Source of the DNA: Rickettsiales bacterium
GTDB lineage: Bacteria; Pseudomonadota; Alphaproteobacteria; Rickettsiales; SXRF01
Length of the DNA stretch: 64,000 nt
Reading direction: 5' to 3'
Assembly (NCBI GenBank): GCA_964231325.1
Contig: CAXRIF010000002.1
Span: 287,138 to 351,137, forward strand
In this document: positions 38,208-46,927 of the stretch, piece by piece
Layout: every line of letters starts with the position of its first letter
How positions within the stretch are numbered: the stretch's first letter is position 1
Program-made: the position numbers and the translations under genes
Notes under the pieces: model-generated
The model's input: the letters and a program-made list of their open reading frames with translations, nothing else
Databases searched by the model: none
Told to the model about the DNA's origin: nothing

Positions 38208-38561
38208 ATGACCATCACCACCAAGCTCTACACATTGTTTAATGGCCACTTGGTCGGCACGGATCAGTTTGGTAATCGCTATTTTACGGAGAAAAAGGCA
38301 CCTAAGACACGTAAGGCAAAACGCTGGGTGATGTATAATGGAATGGCTGAACCGAGCAAGGTACCACCAGAATGGCATGGCTGGTTACATTATACACATG
38401 ATGTACCGCCATCAAAACGTACCGTATCGCACCATGGGTGGGAAAAACAGCACAAACCTAATTTAACGGGCACTCCCGGGGCTTATGTACCCCCCGGACA
38501 TACATTACGCGGCGAAGAGCGCGCAGCTTCCAGCGCAGATTACGAAGCTTGGAAACCCTAA
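38208..38561 (+). CDS. NADH:ubiquinone oxidoreductase subunit NDUFA12 (B17.2-like)
   Basis: The blocks GHLVGTDQFGNRYFTEKK...RWVMYNG...PPEWHGWLHYT match the NDUFA12 family. Confidence 0.9.
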   Translation: MTITTKLYTLFNGHLVGTDQFGNRYFTEKKAPKTRKAKRWVMYNGMAEPSKVPPEWHGWLHYTHDVPPSKRTVSHHGWEKQHKPNLTGTPGAYVPPGHTLRGEERAASSADYEAWKP

Positions 38562-39412
38562 AACATTATCCACAGCGTTACCGCTAACCAGAGCGCAATA
38601 TTAAGCAGCTGCAGCTTGTCTTTTAGTATGACCGTTTCAGGTTCCCCCCCCTGATCGTAGACATAGATAGCTTGCAAATAGCGAAACAATCCAAATGCTA
38701 CAAACGCGATAGTATAGACTAGCTCGACTTTCCCTGTTTTTTCTGCGACCTCAGCCGTATAGATGGCATAAGTAATAAGTGCCGCCCCACTTGAGATGTT
38801 TACCAACCGGTCCAGAAGCTGTCGGTTGTAGTGCTGAAGATTTGGTTTTTTTCTAACATATTCCTCAAAGCCCATTTCGTGATAGCGCTTGCCAAAACCA
38901 AGGAATAGAGCAAGCAGAAAAGTAGTCAGAATAATCCACGGAGATATTATTACACCTAGTGCATAGCACCCCATCAACACACGCAATACATAACAAGTGG
39001 CAATAAAGAACACATCTATCAAAGCAAAACGCTTCAACACAAAAGTGTATAGCAAATTCAACAATACATAAATCACCGCCACCACTGCACAAGCTGGCGG
39101 AAGTAGCGTAGCAACAAACATAGCTGCGGCCGCCAGTATGCACGCTAGCAATATTGCCTGAAAGGAAAGTATCTCCCCTGCGGCCAACGGACGTTTACAT
39201 TTCACCGGATGCAGGCGGTCTTCCTCGATATCCTTGATATCGTTACAAACATACACCACACAGGAAACGAACAGAAAACAAAGCGCAGCATAGATAGTTA
39301 GCTGCCATGCGCCCGCATCTTTAAACTGCCCAGCAAAAAACAATGGCGCAAAAACAAACAGATTCTTGATCCATTGTTTGGGCCGAAGTAAACGCAATGT
39401 CGCCGGCATCAT
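38558..39412 (-). CDS. UbiA-family prenyltransferase resembling decaprenyl-phosphate phosphoribosyltransferase (DPPR synthase, Rv3806c-like)
   Basis: The N-terminus is LLRPKQWIKNLFVFAPLFFAG. The Asp-rich motif NDIKDIEEDRLHPVKCKRPLAAGEI closely parallels the mycobacterial NDxxDxxxDxxHPxKxxRPxAAG motif. The stop overlaps the convergent NDUFA12 stop by 4 nt. Confidence 0.75.
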   Translation of the reverse strand: MMPATLRLLRPKQWIKNLFVFAPLFFAGQFKDAGAWQLTIYAALCFLFVSCVVYVCNDIKDIEEDRLHPVKCKRPLAAGEILSFQAILLACILAAAAMFVATLLPPACAVVAVIYVLLNLLYTFVLKRFALIDVFFIATCYVLRVLMGCYALGVIISPWIILTTFLLALFLGFGKRYHEMGFEEYVRKKPNLQHYNRQLLDRLVNISSGAALITYAIYTAEVAEKTGKVELVYTIAFVAFGLFRYLQAIYVYDQGGEPETVILKDKLQLLNIALWLAVTLWIMF

Positions 39413-40506
39413 TCTGCATTATCCTTCTTCATACTTTGTATAAAAACAGGGGATTGATAGATTCCCGTACCCACTACCAGTGTATGCGTTACCAACATGA
39501 GCAAGAGTGGCATGATATCAAAAAACACTCGATACTCGCCAGGGTATCCATACAGTACATAAGCCAGATAATAAGGTGGAATCAGCCATAATCCAACTTT
39601 TAAGAAATCGGGCTTATTCTTCCAATTAAAGGTAAGCATAAACATAATAACGGAAATACCAATCAACTGAAAATACTTCGATTTACCAAGTATATCTCTG
39701 GTCAATATCCTAAATGTGTTATTCTCTAAAAAGGGGCCCGGATTACTAGAAAACGCATCGTAAATCGCGCCGCGAATGACTATGAAAATCGCACATTGCA
39801 ATAAAAGCAACATAATGTACTGGCGCGCGGGGATACGCTTGTAGAACCAGAACATAAAGAATAATGTTAAAAAGACAGCTGTTTCTTTATTGAGACAAGC
39901 AAAAGCAAACAACGCTATATATAATGAGAGATTTCGTCGTGCTATACATAGGTAGCAAGCAGTTGAAAAAAACAACAATGGAATATCGTATATATATATC
40001 CATTGCCAACTAAATGACGTAATCGCAAACATGCCAAAGATCGGAGCAAAATACCACATCGCTTGTTGTTGTGCGAAGAGGTGTTTGGCTAACAGGTACA
40101 TGGCGATGATATATCCCCAGAGACAAATATATATCAAAACGGTTGTAACTAATCGTTTATAGACACTGTCTTTATAAACCGTTTTAAGCCCGGGCAAATA
40201 TTTGTGTATAGTTTTGTTATTGTTCAACCACTCTTTGAACCCATCTCCAATATTTTGCCTTACATATTTCGGCGTCAAATCATCAATAAAAACGGTCATA
40301 CGTGGAATGAATACGCGATACACAAACGGTTTCCACGCTGTGCCTTTCATCATGGCGTTATAACTCGTCCGGTAATATTTATCCCCCAGGTTGGAGCCAT
40401 GCAGGAAGTGAAGCATCGCATAAATTGACATCACAAAATACACCACACCAAAGATCAGGTGTAATTTGTTCCTGCCAACGAATGATATAGTGCCGTTAAG
40501 TGTCAT
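39409..40506 (-). CDS. Polytopic membrane protein (365 aa), putative GT-C-type glycosyltransferase inferred from context only
   Basis: It has about 10 predicted TM helices. It is a paralog of the upstream gene (shared FVYRVFIP/YVYRVLMP block and C-terminal GYPGEYRVFFDIMPLL.....THTL). Its stop overlaps the UbiA start. It is visibly AT-rich. Confidence 0.6.
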   Translation of the reverse strand: MTLNGTISFVGRNKLHLIFGVVYFVMSIYAMLHFLHGSNLGDKYYRTSYNAMMKGTAWKPFVYRVFIPRMTVFIDDLTPKYVRQNIGDGFKEWLNNNKTIHKYLPGLKTVYKDSVYKRLVTTVLIYICLWGYIIAMYLLAKHLFAQQQAMWYFAPIFGMFAITSFSWQWIYIYDIPLLFFSTACYLCIARRNLSLYIALFAFACLNKETAVFLTLFFMFWFYKRIPARQYIMLLLLQCAIFIVIRGAIYDAFSSNPGPFLENNTFRILTRDILGKSKYFQLIGISVIMFMLTFNWKNKPDFLKVGLWLIPPYYLAYVLYGYPGEYRVFFDIMPLLLMLVTHTLVVGTGIYQSPVFIQSMKKDNAE

Positions 40507-41581
40507 TTATTCTTCTTCTCATTCCACACATGTTAGTTGTAACGGCAAGCGTGTGTGTTGCCAATAGGGCAATGATAGGAACTGCCTCAAAAAACACCCT
40601 ATATTCCCCCGGTTTTCCAAATAGCATGTAAGAAACCCACATTAGCCCTACGACCCACAGCCCCTTACGAGCAAAAACCGGCTTTTCACGGAAGCGGAAG
40701 AACAACAAAAAAGCCCCCGCCAGCAGCAATAGATATGTTTGCCAGTGATATATGTTCCATAACACATCAAACTGCCATGTCTGATAGTCTGTCTTGAGGA
40801 ATACCCCAACATTGCTTGCAAACACGTAGCCAGTCACAATCTTCACCAGAGCAAGGGTCATGAATTGCGTAGTAAGATGTGTCAGTAGCTGTTTATGCTC
40901 CATGCGCCCAAACTGCCATATGGCAAACATGAGGGCGACAAATAAAGCTGATTCCTTGTTAACGCAGGCAAGCACAAACCATACATAATACCACCGCCAT
41001 TTTGCTGTATAGAGTGCGTAAAAACAGGCGGCCGTAAGCGCTAAGGTTGATGCATCATAAATATAGGCCACCCGACCCGCGAGTGGAGGTACCATGGCCA
41101 ACGCAACTAGCGGCACGCAGCGCGCGATGACAGGGTTATCCTTATAGAGCTGCCTGCCTAATTTATACATAGCCACTGTGAAACTGGCCATACAGCCTAA
41201 CATAAGCGACATAGCGACTAAGCGCATATAAAGCGTCTTTGTGTTGGCCATCGCCCGTTGCATACGTCGATCGGGTGGAAGCCAGGAATAATCCTGCCTT
41301 GCCAGCGCATCATTTACAGTATGTTCAATGGTTTCAGGGGTAAGTGCAACGATGGTTTTAACCGTGATGGGCATTAACACACGATACACATACGGGCGTT
41401 CAGCGGTACCCTCTACCATAGCGGGCAGGGTTGCTCCACGCCAGCTATCGCCCATATGAGAAGAGGACATAAGCGAGATAGCCGCCCATAGCGTAAACAA
41501 CACATAGAGCGCAAAGAACGCAATATTTACCGCGTAGCGTTTAAGCAATAGCCTGTCTTCCTGATGCTTGTTAAGTGCCAC
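40496..41581 (-). CDS. Polytopic membrane protein (361 aa), paralog of 39409..40506
   Basis: It has a GTG start at 41581 and about 10 TM helices. The C-terminal block is GKPGEYRVFFEAVPIIALLATHTLAV. It overlaps the downstream paralog by 11 nt. Confidence 0.6.
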   Translation of the reverse strand: MALNKHQEDRLLLKRYAVNIAFFALYVLFTLWAAISLMSSSHMGDSWRGATLPAMVEGTAERPYVYRVLMPITVKTIVALTPETIEHTVNDALARQDYSWLPPDRRMQRAMANTKTLYMRLVAMSLMLGCMASFTVAMYKLGRQLYKDNPVIARCVPLVALAMVPPLAGRVAYIYDASTLALTAACFYALYTAKWRWYYVWFVLACVNKESALFVALMFAIWQFGRMEHKQLLTHLTTQFMTLALVKIVTGYVFASNVGVFLKTDYQTWQFDVLWNIYHWQTYLLLLAGAFLLFFRFREKPVFARKGLWVVGLMWVSYMLFGKPGEYRVFFEAVPIIALLATHTLAVTTNMCGMRRRINDT

Positions 41582-41655
41582 ATTGCTCTTTTTACTTTGA
41601 AAACATTTCTTTTTTGCTATTCAATTGGCACGCATACAAGTAAAAAGGATGGCAT

Positions 41656-42120
41656 ATGCAAAAAAATGTTATTGAAACCCTGATGGGCGCCGTAGTGCTA
41701 ATTGTTGCTGGCACGTTTCTTTTCGTCGCATATGAAGGCAGCCAACTACGTGTGGAAGATGGCTACAAGGTAAATGCACATTTTTCTGATGCCTCGGGCA
41801 TTGCTCTGGGTAGTGATGTTCGTATTGGTGGCGTTAAAGTCGGTGTCATCTCAGATATCACCCTTGATTCTGATACGTATGAAGCCGTGGTCAATATGCA
41901 AATACGCGAGCGCACCAAGCTTCCGAAAGATTCCTCGGCTGCTATTGTGAGCAGTGGTTTATTGGGTGATAAATTTGTGCAGGTTACCCCCGGCGCGGAT
42001 GATAAAATGTTAAATGACGGTGATAAAATCGAATACACCCAATCTGCAGTTAATCTCGAAGAAATGATTGGCAAATTTATGTTTAGTGGCGGTGGCGTAG
42101 ATAGCGAAAAAACTGAATAG
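41656..42120 (+). CDS. mlaD: Outer-membrane lipid asymmetry maintenance protein MlaD (MCE domain)
   Basis: An N-terminal TM helix is followed by the MCE core (GIALGSDVRIGGVKVGVISDITLD...YEAVVNMQI, GLLGDKFVQVTPG). Confidence 0.85.
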   Translation: MQKNVIETLMGAVVLIVAGTFLFVAYEGSQLRVEDGYKVNAHFSDASGIALGSDVRIGGVKVGVISDITLDSDTYEAVVNMQIRERTKLPKDSSAAIVSSGLLGDKFVQVTPGADDKMLNDGDKIEYTQSAVNLEEMIGKFMFSGGGVDSEKTE

Positions 42121-42122
42121 TT

Positions 42123-42536
42123 ATGCGCCTGCATCTTCTTACATGTTGTGCATTACTCGCCACCTCTTCTGCCTTCGCAGAAGAGCCAGATAAGAAGCCG
42201 GAATATAACCATGTCGTTCTGCAGGGGCTAAACAAAGTCACCGGCCATATTTCCAAATTTGATGGGGAGCTAGACACCATATTGCATTTCGGCAATCTGG
42301 AAATCGTCCCCCGCCGCTGCTGGAAAGCACCACCTGAAGAGCGACCGGAAAATGCTGCATTACTAGAGATATCTGAGACCAGACAGGGCGAGCAGCCTGA
42401 ACGTATTTTTATGGGCTGGATGTTTTCTTCAAGTCCCGGCCTGTCTGGGGTTGAGCACGCGGTTTATGATATTACCGTGCTGGAATGCAGGACGGAAAAA
42501 GCCTCTGAGAAGCCAGCGGAGAATAAAGAAGGCTAA
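42123..42536 (+). CDS. DUF2155 domain protein (secreted)
   Basis: It has a signal peptide (ATSSAFA-EE). The blocks LQGLNKVTGHISKFD...FGNLEIVPRRCWKAPPEERPENAALLEI are typical of DUF2155. It lies 2 nt after mlaD. Confidence 0.8.
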   Translation: MRLHLLTCCALLATSSAFAEEPDKKPEYNHVVLQGLNKVTGHISKFDGELDTILHFGNLEIVPRRCWKAPPEERPENAALLEISETRQGEQPERIFMGWMFSSSPGLSGVEHAVYDITVLECRTEKASEKPAENKEG

Positions 42537-43597
42537 TCTATATCCGCACCAATGGCTTGTGTAATATTTGTAAAGCCATCGCGCTTAAGCAACTCTACTA
42601 GGCCATGCTGTATCTCACGCACCACCCCAAACCCCTGATAAACTAGTGCGGTATAAAGCTGCACCAGCGATGCACCAGAACGAATCTTTGCATAGGCATC
42701 TTCAGCAGAAGCGATACCGCCCACCCCAATGAGAGGAATGGTTCCGCTGGTCAATCGATAAAAGTCAGCAAGTGCTTCGGTAGAAAGACCGGATAATGGT
42801 TTGCCGCTTAGCCCCCCCTCTTCTTTTTTATTGGCACTACGCAGTGCATCTGGCCTAGAGATTGTTGTGTTGCTCACAATCATTCCATCGAGTTTATGCG
42901 CCATGACCAACTTGGCGACGTCTTGCTTCTGCTCCTTAGTAAGATCAGGTGCCACCTTAAGAATGAGTGGTACTTTTCTGTGGGATATATCCGCACTTTC
43001 ATTGCGCACTTTCATCAGTTCTTTGAGCAAAATATCCAGCGCCTCTTGTTGCTGCAAATCGCGGAGCCCTTTCGTGTTCGGCGAAGAAATGTTGATCGTG
43101 ATGTAGTCCGCCATGGCATAGACTGCCTTAATACCATGTGCGTAATCATGTAATGCATCAGCACTGTCTTTATTTTTTCCGATATTGGCACCAACCACGC
43201 CGTTATGTTTTCCGTGTACGCAAAAATTCCGGGTGAAAATTTCATGGCCATGGTTGTTAAAGCCTAACCGGTTAATCACGGCCTCATCTTCTTTCAGTCG
43301 AAAAATGCGCGGGCGATCATTGCCAGGCTGTGGTCGTGGCGTGGTGGTTCCTGCTTCCACGAAACCAAAACCCTGCGCGAGCAAGCCATCCACAGCAATG
43401 GCATTCTTATCAAACCCGGCCGCTAACCCCACCGGATTAGAAAAATGCAAACCCATTACATCCACATGAAGCATAGGGTCATCAAAAGGTTTAGCGGCAG
43501 GTAATAACCCGTGTGCCAAGGCAAACAACCCTAGATTATGCGCCTGTTCTGGGGGTAGTAGATGGATGATTGGACGTATTAAAGAAAATAGCTGCAT
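42533..43597 (-). CDS. pyrD: Dihydroorotate dehydrogenase (quinone), class 2
   Basis: A 354-aa ORF with the motifs GLAAGFDKNA, NISSPNTKGLR and GVGGIASAEDAYAKIRSGASLVQLYTALVYQG. Confidence 0.95.
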   Translation of the reverse strand: MQLFSLIRPIIHLLPPEQAHNLGLFALAHGLLPAAKPFDDPMLHVDVMGLHFSNPVGLAAGFDKNAIAVDGLLAQGFGFVEAGTTTPRPQPGNDRPRIFRLKEDEAVINRLGFNNHGHEIFTRNFCVHGKHNGVVGANIGKNKDSADALHDYAHGIKAVYAMADYITINISSPNTKGLRDLQQQEALDILLKELMKVRNESADISHRKVPLILKVAPDLTKEQKQDVAKLVMAHKLDGMIVSNTTISRPDALRSANKKEEGGLSGKPLSGLSTEALADFYRLTSGTIPLIGVGGIASAEDAYAKIRSGASLVQLYTALVYQGFGVVREIQHGLVELLKRDGFTNITQAIGADID

Positions 43598-43606
43598 GCA
43601 GCCAGT

Positions 43607-43978
43607 CTAGTAGGCAGAGGGAAATAAGGAAAGCAATTGCTGCGCCTGTGCACTAGTCATGTCTGAATTCTTCCTCGTTTTTTTAGGTTTGATTTCAGCC
43701 ATTTCTTTTTCAAGTGCAGGCGGTATTTCTACAATAGCCGGAGCATTATTCACATAGCGGCGCTTTAGTGGAAACACTTTCGTCTCTCGCCCCAGTGAAA
43801 ATACTTTGGGAGTGATGCGTTGTGTCGGCTTGCTATTACGTGCAAGGTTGCGTGCAGCTTCAAGCGACATAAATTTTTGGCCAGCAGCAAGCGGCATTTT
43901 TTCCCCTGCCGCTTCACTGATAGAAGGTGCGAGAAAGGCGATTAGTGTTGCAACGTATAACATGCGATGATGAAACAT
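43607..43978 (-). CDS. Hypothetical secreted protein (123 aa)
   Basis: The ATG at 43978 is preceded by AAGGAG at 6-nt spacing. The signal peptide is MFHHRMLYVATLIAFLAPSISEA-AG. Confidence 0.55.
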   Translation of the reverse strand: MFHHRMLYVATLIAFLAPSISEAAGEKMPLAAGQKFMSLEAARNLARNSKPTQRITPKVFSLGRETKVFPLKRRYVNNAPAIVEIPPALEKEMAEIKPKKTRKNSDMTSAQAQQLLSLFPSAY

Positions 43979-44145
43979 GAACTTCTCCTTTAATGCTTGG
44001 ATGAAAAGCAAGTCGCGTGCCGAAATTATGAGTGCGACATAAATGTCGCAAAATGATGATTTTAATGTTTTATTAATAAGATTTGTGGTGTAAATACATA
44101 AACTACGCTATATGTAGTGGGTTAGTGTTGTTAAAAGTGGGTTGG

Positions 44146-45759
44146 ATGGTGTCACCATTTATGTATAAAGCACGCGTTACGTGCTGCTTTGGGTTGTTGT
44201 GCTTGGTTTCCAGCACGACCCTGTCGACGCCACTTCACGCTGAAACCCTGACCTATCGAAACAACACCCATGACAGCGTAAAAAGACACTCTTCAGTACG
44301 CAAACGTTTTGCCGAAAACCCATATGAGCAACGGCGTCAAGAAATCGAAAAACAGGCACAGCTCCCCTCACCTGAACTGCTTAAAACTGCGCCCGCCAAT
44401 GTGGCTAAAATTGCTCCTAAGGAACTATTGAAAAAGCGCGACCCTATGCGCATCACCATCCCTAACATAAAGGCTATGGAGGGCACTGCACTGCCTTCTC
44501 CTGATTTACTTACAAGCAATGGTGCCGCTCCCGCCCCATCCACTGTCAAACAACCCAAACCTTTGCTTGCAAAAGATGATCGTCCATCACGTACGGTGGC
44601 GGCATTCAAACCCTCTACTTATGCACCCGGAAATATTGCGGCAGATGAACTTGCAGCACTTGCTCCTGCGGCAGGTGGAGATGATAACAACACTCCACTT
44701 ATAGCAATTCCAGCGGATACCCCTCCTGCAGCTGCAGCCCCAACCAAACCCTCCGCTGCTCCAGCTCCACCACCCCCTACAACAACGCAAACTGCTTCCG
44801 TAGCAGAAGCCACCAAGGAAGAGGTTTCTGTCGGCGAGGCAATTAATGATGTATTGAAAGCAGAAGAACCTTACGAAGCTTACAATGAAGCAACACAAAA
44901 ATTGCCACCCATCACCCCTCAATCCACTACTGCAAAATCATCAGAGCCAGAGCAAAGCCTATCACGTGAAAGCAAAATGATATTGAAGCGTATTCCTTCT
45001 AATATCGCTCAGGATAAGCCTAAGCCGAAAGGGCCTTTCAACATTGATCGCAGCAAAGATCTTGAAGAAGCATTTGCTATGGATGAACCGCCAGCATCTA
45101 AAACGAGCTCCGATGAAGAAACTGCTTCTGTATCACACGAGGCTATGGGTATCAAAATTGAGATGAAAAGGCGCACGATCAACCTCGATTACGAGCTTGA
45201 GAAAGCCTATGATGCTTTGGTTACCGGCCAACCCACTCTTGCCATCGAAATTTACAAAAATATTCTATCAAATGACCCAAAGAATAAAGGTGGTTTATTT
45301 GGCCTTGCAACCACTTATCACCGTCTTGGCCAGCTTGATGCGGCGCGCAGCTACTACAGCAAATTACTTTCTATTGATCCCAAGCATCGTGATGGGCTGA
45401 ACAACTTCCTGGTATTGCTTGCTGATGAAGCCCCACAAGAAGCTCTTGCACAAATGGAAGAGCTCTCGAAACGCAACCCTAACTTCAGCCCAATTCAAGC
45501 ACAAATGGCTGTGATTTATCAGCGTCTGGGTAACACAGAAATGGCCACAGAAAAAATGTTCAAGGCCGTGGCAATGTCTCCTGAAAATCTGGTTTACCGC
45601 TACAATCTAGCTATCATGCTGGATTCTCAGAAGAAATATGACGAAGCTGAGAGGCTATACAAACAGCTGGTTAAATCGGCTATGCGCGGGGAAGTTATTC
45701 CCGGAAATCTACAAAAAATTCAGCAAAGATTAACCTTTATTAGCTCTAATAGTCACTAA
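44146..45759 (+). CDS. Secreted TPR-repeat protein with a Pro/Ala-rich linker (537 aa)
   Basis: It has a signal peptide (STPLHA-ET), a central low-complexity tract (PPAAAAPTKPSAAPAPPPPTTT) and C-terminal TPR units (AIEIYKNILSNDPKN..., AARSYYSKLLSIDPKH..., AERLYKQLV). It sits immediately upstream of pilT. The TTG at 44083 is an alternative start. Confidence 0.7.
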   Translation: MVSPFMYKARVTCCFGLLCLVSSTTLSTPLHAETLTYRNNTHDSVKRHSSVRKRFAENPYEQRRQEIEKQAQLPSPELLKTAPANVAKIAPKELLKKRDPMRITIPNIKAMEGTALPSPDLLTSNGAAPAPSTVKQPKPLLAKDDRPSRTVAAFKPSTYAPGNIAADELAALAPAAGGDDNNTPLIAIPADTPPAAAAPTKPSAAPAPPPPTTTQTASVAEATKEEVSVGEAINDVLKAEEPYEAYNEATQKLPPITPQSTTAKSSEPEQSLSRESKMILKRIPSNIAQDKPKPKGPFNIDRSKDLEEAFAMDEPPASKTSSDEETASVSHEAMGIKIEMKRRTINLDYELEKAYDALVTGQPTLAIEIYKNILSNDPKNKGGLFGLATTYHRLGQLDAARSYYSKLLSIDPKHRDGLNNFLVLLADEAPQEALAQMEELSKRNPNFSPIQAQMAVIYQRLGNTEMATEKMFKAVAMSPENLVYRYNLAIMLDSQKKYDEAERLYKQLVKSAMRGEVIPGNLQKIQQRLTFISSNSH

Positions 45760-45798
45760 CGCACAACTCCCGTGCAGTTTTGATTCACAGGGGCTAAC

Positions 45799-46923
45799 AT
45801 GGAAATCACTGACCTGCTCGTATTTACGCAAAAGAACAATGCGTCCGACTTACATTTGGCATCTACTAATCCGCCAATTTTGCGTATCCACGGCGAAATG
45901 ATGCCCTATAAATCACCTCCCCTTACTTCTGATGATATTAAACGCATGCTCTATTCCATTATGACAGAGCAGCAGCGCGCTGATTATGAGCGCGACTTTG
46001 AAATCGATTTTGCGATATCTTTTGGTGAGGAAATGCGTTTTCGTGTCAACGCATTTAATACATTGAATGGCCCCGCAGCTGTGTTGCGTACTATTCCAAA
46101 TCGCATTCTGTCTATGGAAGAACTAGGTACGCCTGAGGTGCTAAAAAAGCTATGTTATCTACATAAGGGACTGATTCTGGTAACAGGCCCTACCGGCTCT
46201 GGTAAGTCCACCACACTTGCCGCCATGATCGACCATATCAATACTAACGAAGCTAAGCACATTATCACTATTGAAGATCCGGTGGAGTTTGTACATCAAT
46301 CTAAAAAATCCCTGATCAATCAACGCGAAGTAGGCAAAGACACCAAGTCATTTGCCAAGGCACTCCGTTCCGCGTTGCGTGAGGATCCCGATGTGATTCT
46401 GGTGGGTGAGTTACGTGATATCGAAACCATTCAACTTGCGTTGACCGCAGCGGAAACAGGCCACTTGGTGATGGGCACGTTGCACACCAACTCAGCACCG
46501 AAGACTATTGACCGTATTATCGACGTATTCCCGGCAAATGACAAAGAAATGGTACGCGCCATGCTTTCCGTATCACTGGAGGCAGTAATCACCCAATCAC
46601 TTCTTAAACGCAAAGATGGTGGCCGTGTAGCTGCTCATGAAATCATGCTGGGAACTGGTGCAGTGCGCAACCTCGTGCGTGAAGGCAAAGTGCCACAGCT
46701 TTACTCACTCATTCAAATCGGCAGTAAAATTGGTATGAGAACCATGAAAGACAGCATCATGGCGCTATTTGAGGAAGGCATCATTACAGAGCAAACGGTG
46801 CGTGCAGCTATGGCTACCAGCACCTCGGAAGATGAAGGAGAAACCGAAACACCAAAAACGGATAACAAGGCAGGCAATAACAAGCGCACCAGCGGTGTAA
46901 GGCCTGTTCATAGCGGATTCTAG
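45799..46923 (+). CDS. pilT: Type IV pilus retraction ATPase PilT
   Basis: It has Walker A (GPTGSGKSTT), the Asp box, Walker B (ILVGELRD) and the His box (GHLVMGTLHTNSA). The PilT-typical N-terminus is LLVFTQKNNASDLHL. Confidence 0.95.
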   Translation: MEITDLLVFTQKNNASDLHLASTNPPILRIHGEMMPYKSPPLTSDDIKRMLYSIMTEQQRADYERDFEIDFAISFGEEMRFRVNAFNTLNGPAAVLRTIPNRILSMEELGTPEVLKKLCYLHKGLILVTGPTGSGKSTTLAAMIDHINTNEAKHIITIEDPVEFVHQSKKSLINQREVGKDTKSFAKALRSALREDPDVILVGELRDIETIQLALTAAETGHLVMGTLHTNSAPKTIDRIIDVFPANDKEMVRAMLSVSLEAVITQSLLKRKDGGRVAAHEIMLGTGAVRNLVREGKVPQLYSLIQIGSKIGMRTMKDSIMALFEEGIITEQTVRAAMATSTSEDEGETETPKTDNKAGNNKRTSGVRPVHSGF

Positions 46924-46927
46924 CAAC

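Noticed and set aside
41625-41640. A sigma-54-like -24 element, TGGCACG, upstream of mlaD
   Set aside because: The -12 element is absent: CAAG occupies the position where TTGC is required. It is likely a chance match.
44587-44922. Minus-strand ORFs of 111 and 65 aa rich in Gly, Cys and Arg
   Set aside because: They are antisense to the Pro/Ala-rich linker of the TPR protein, a GC-rich low-complexity artefact.
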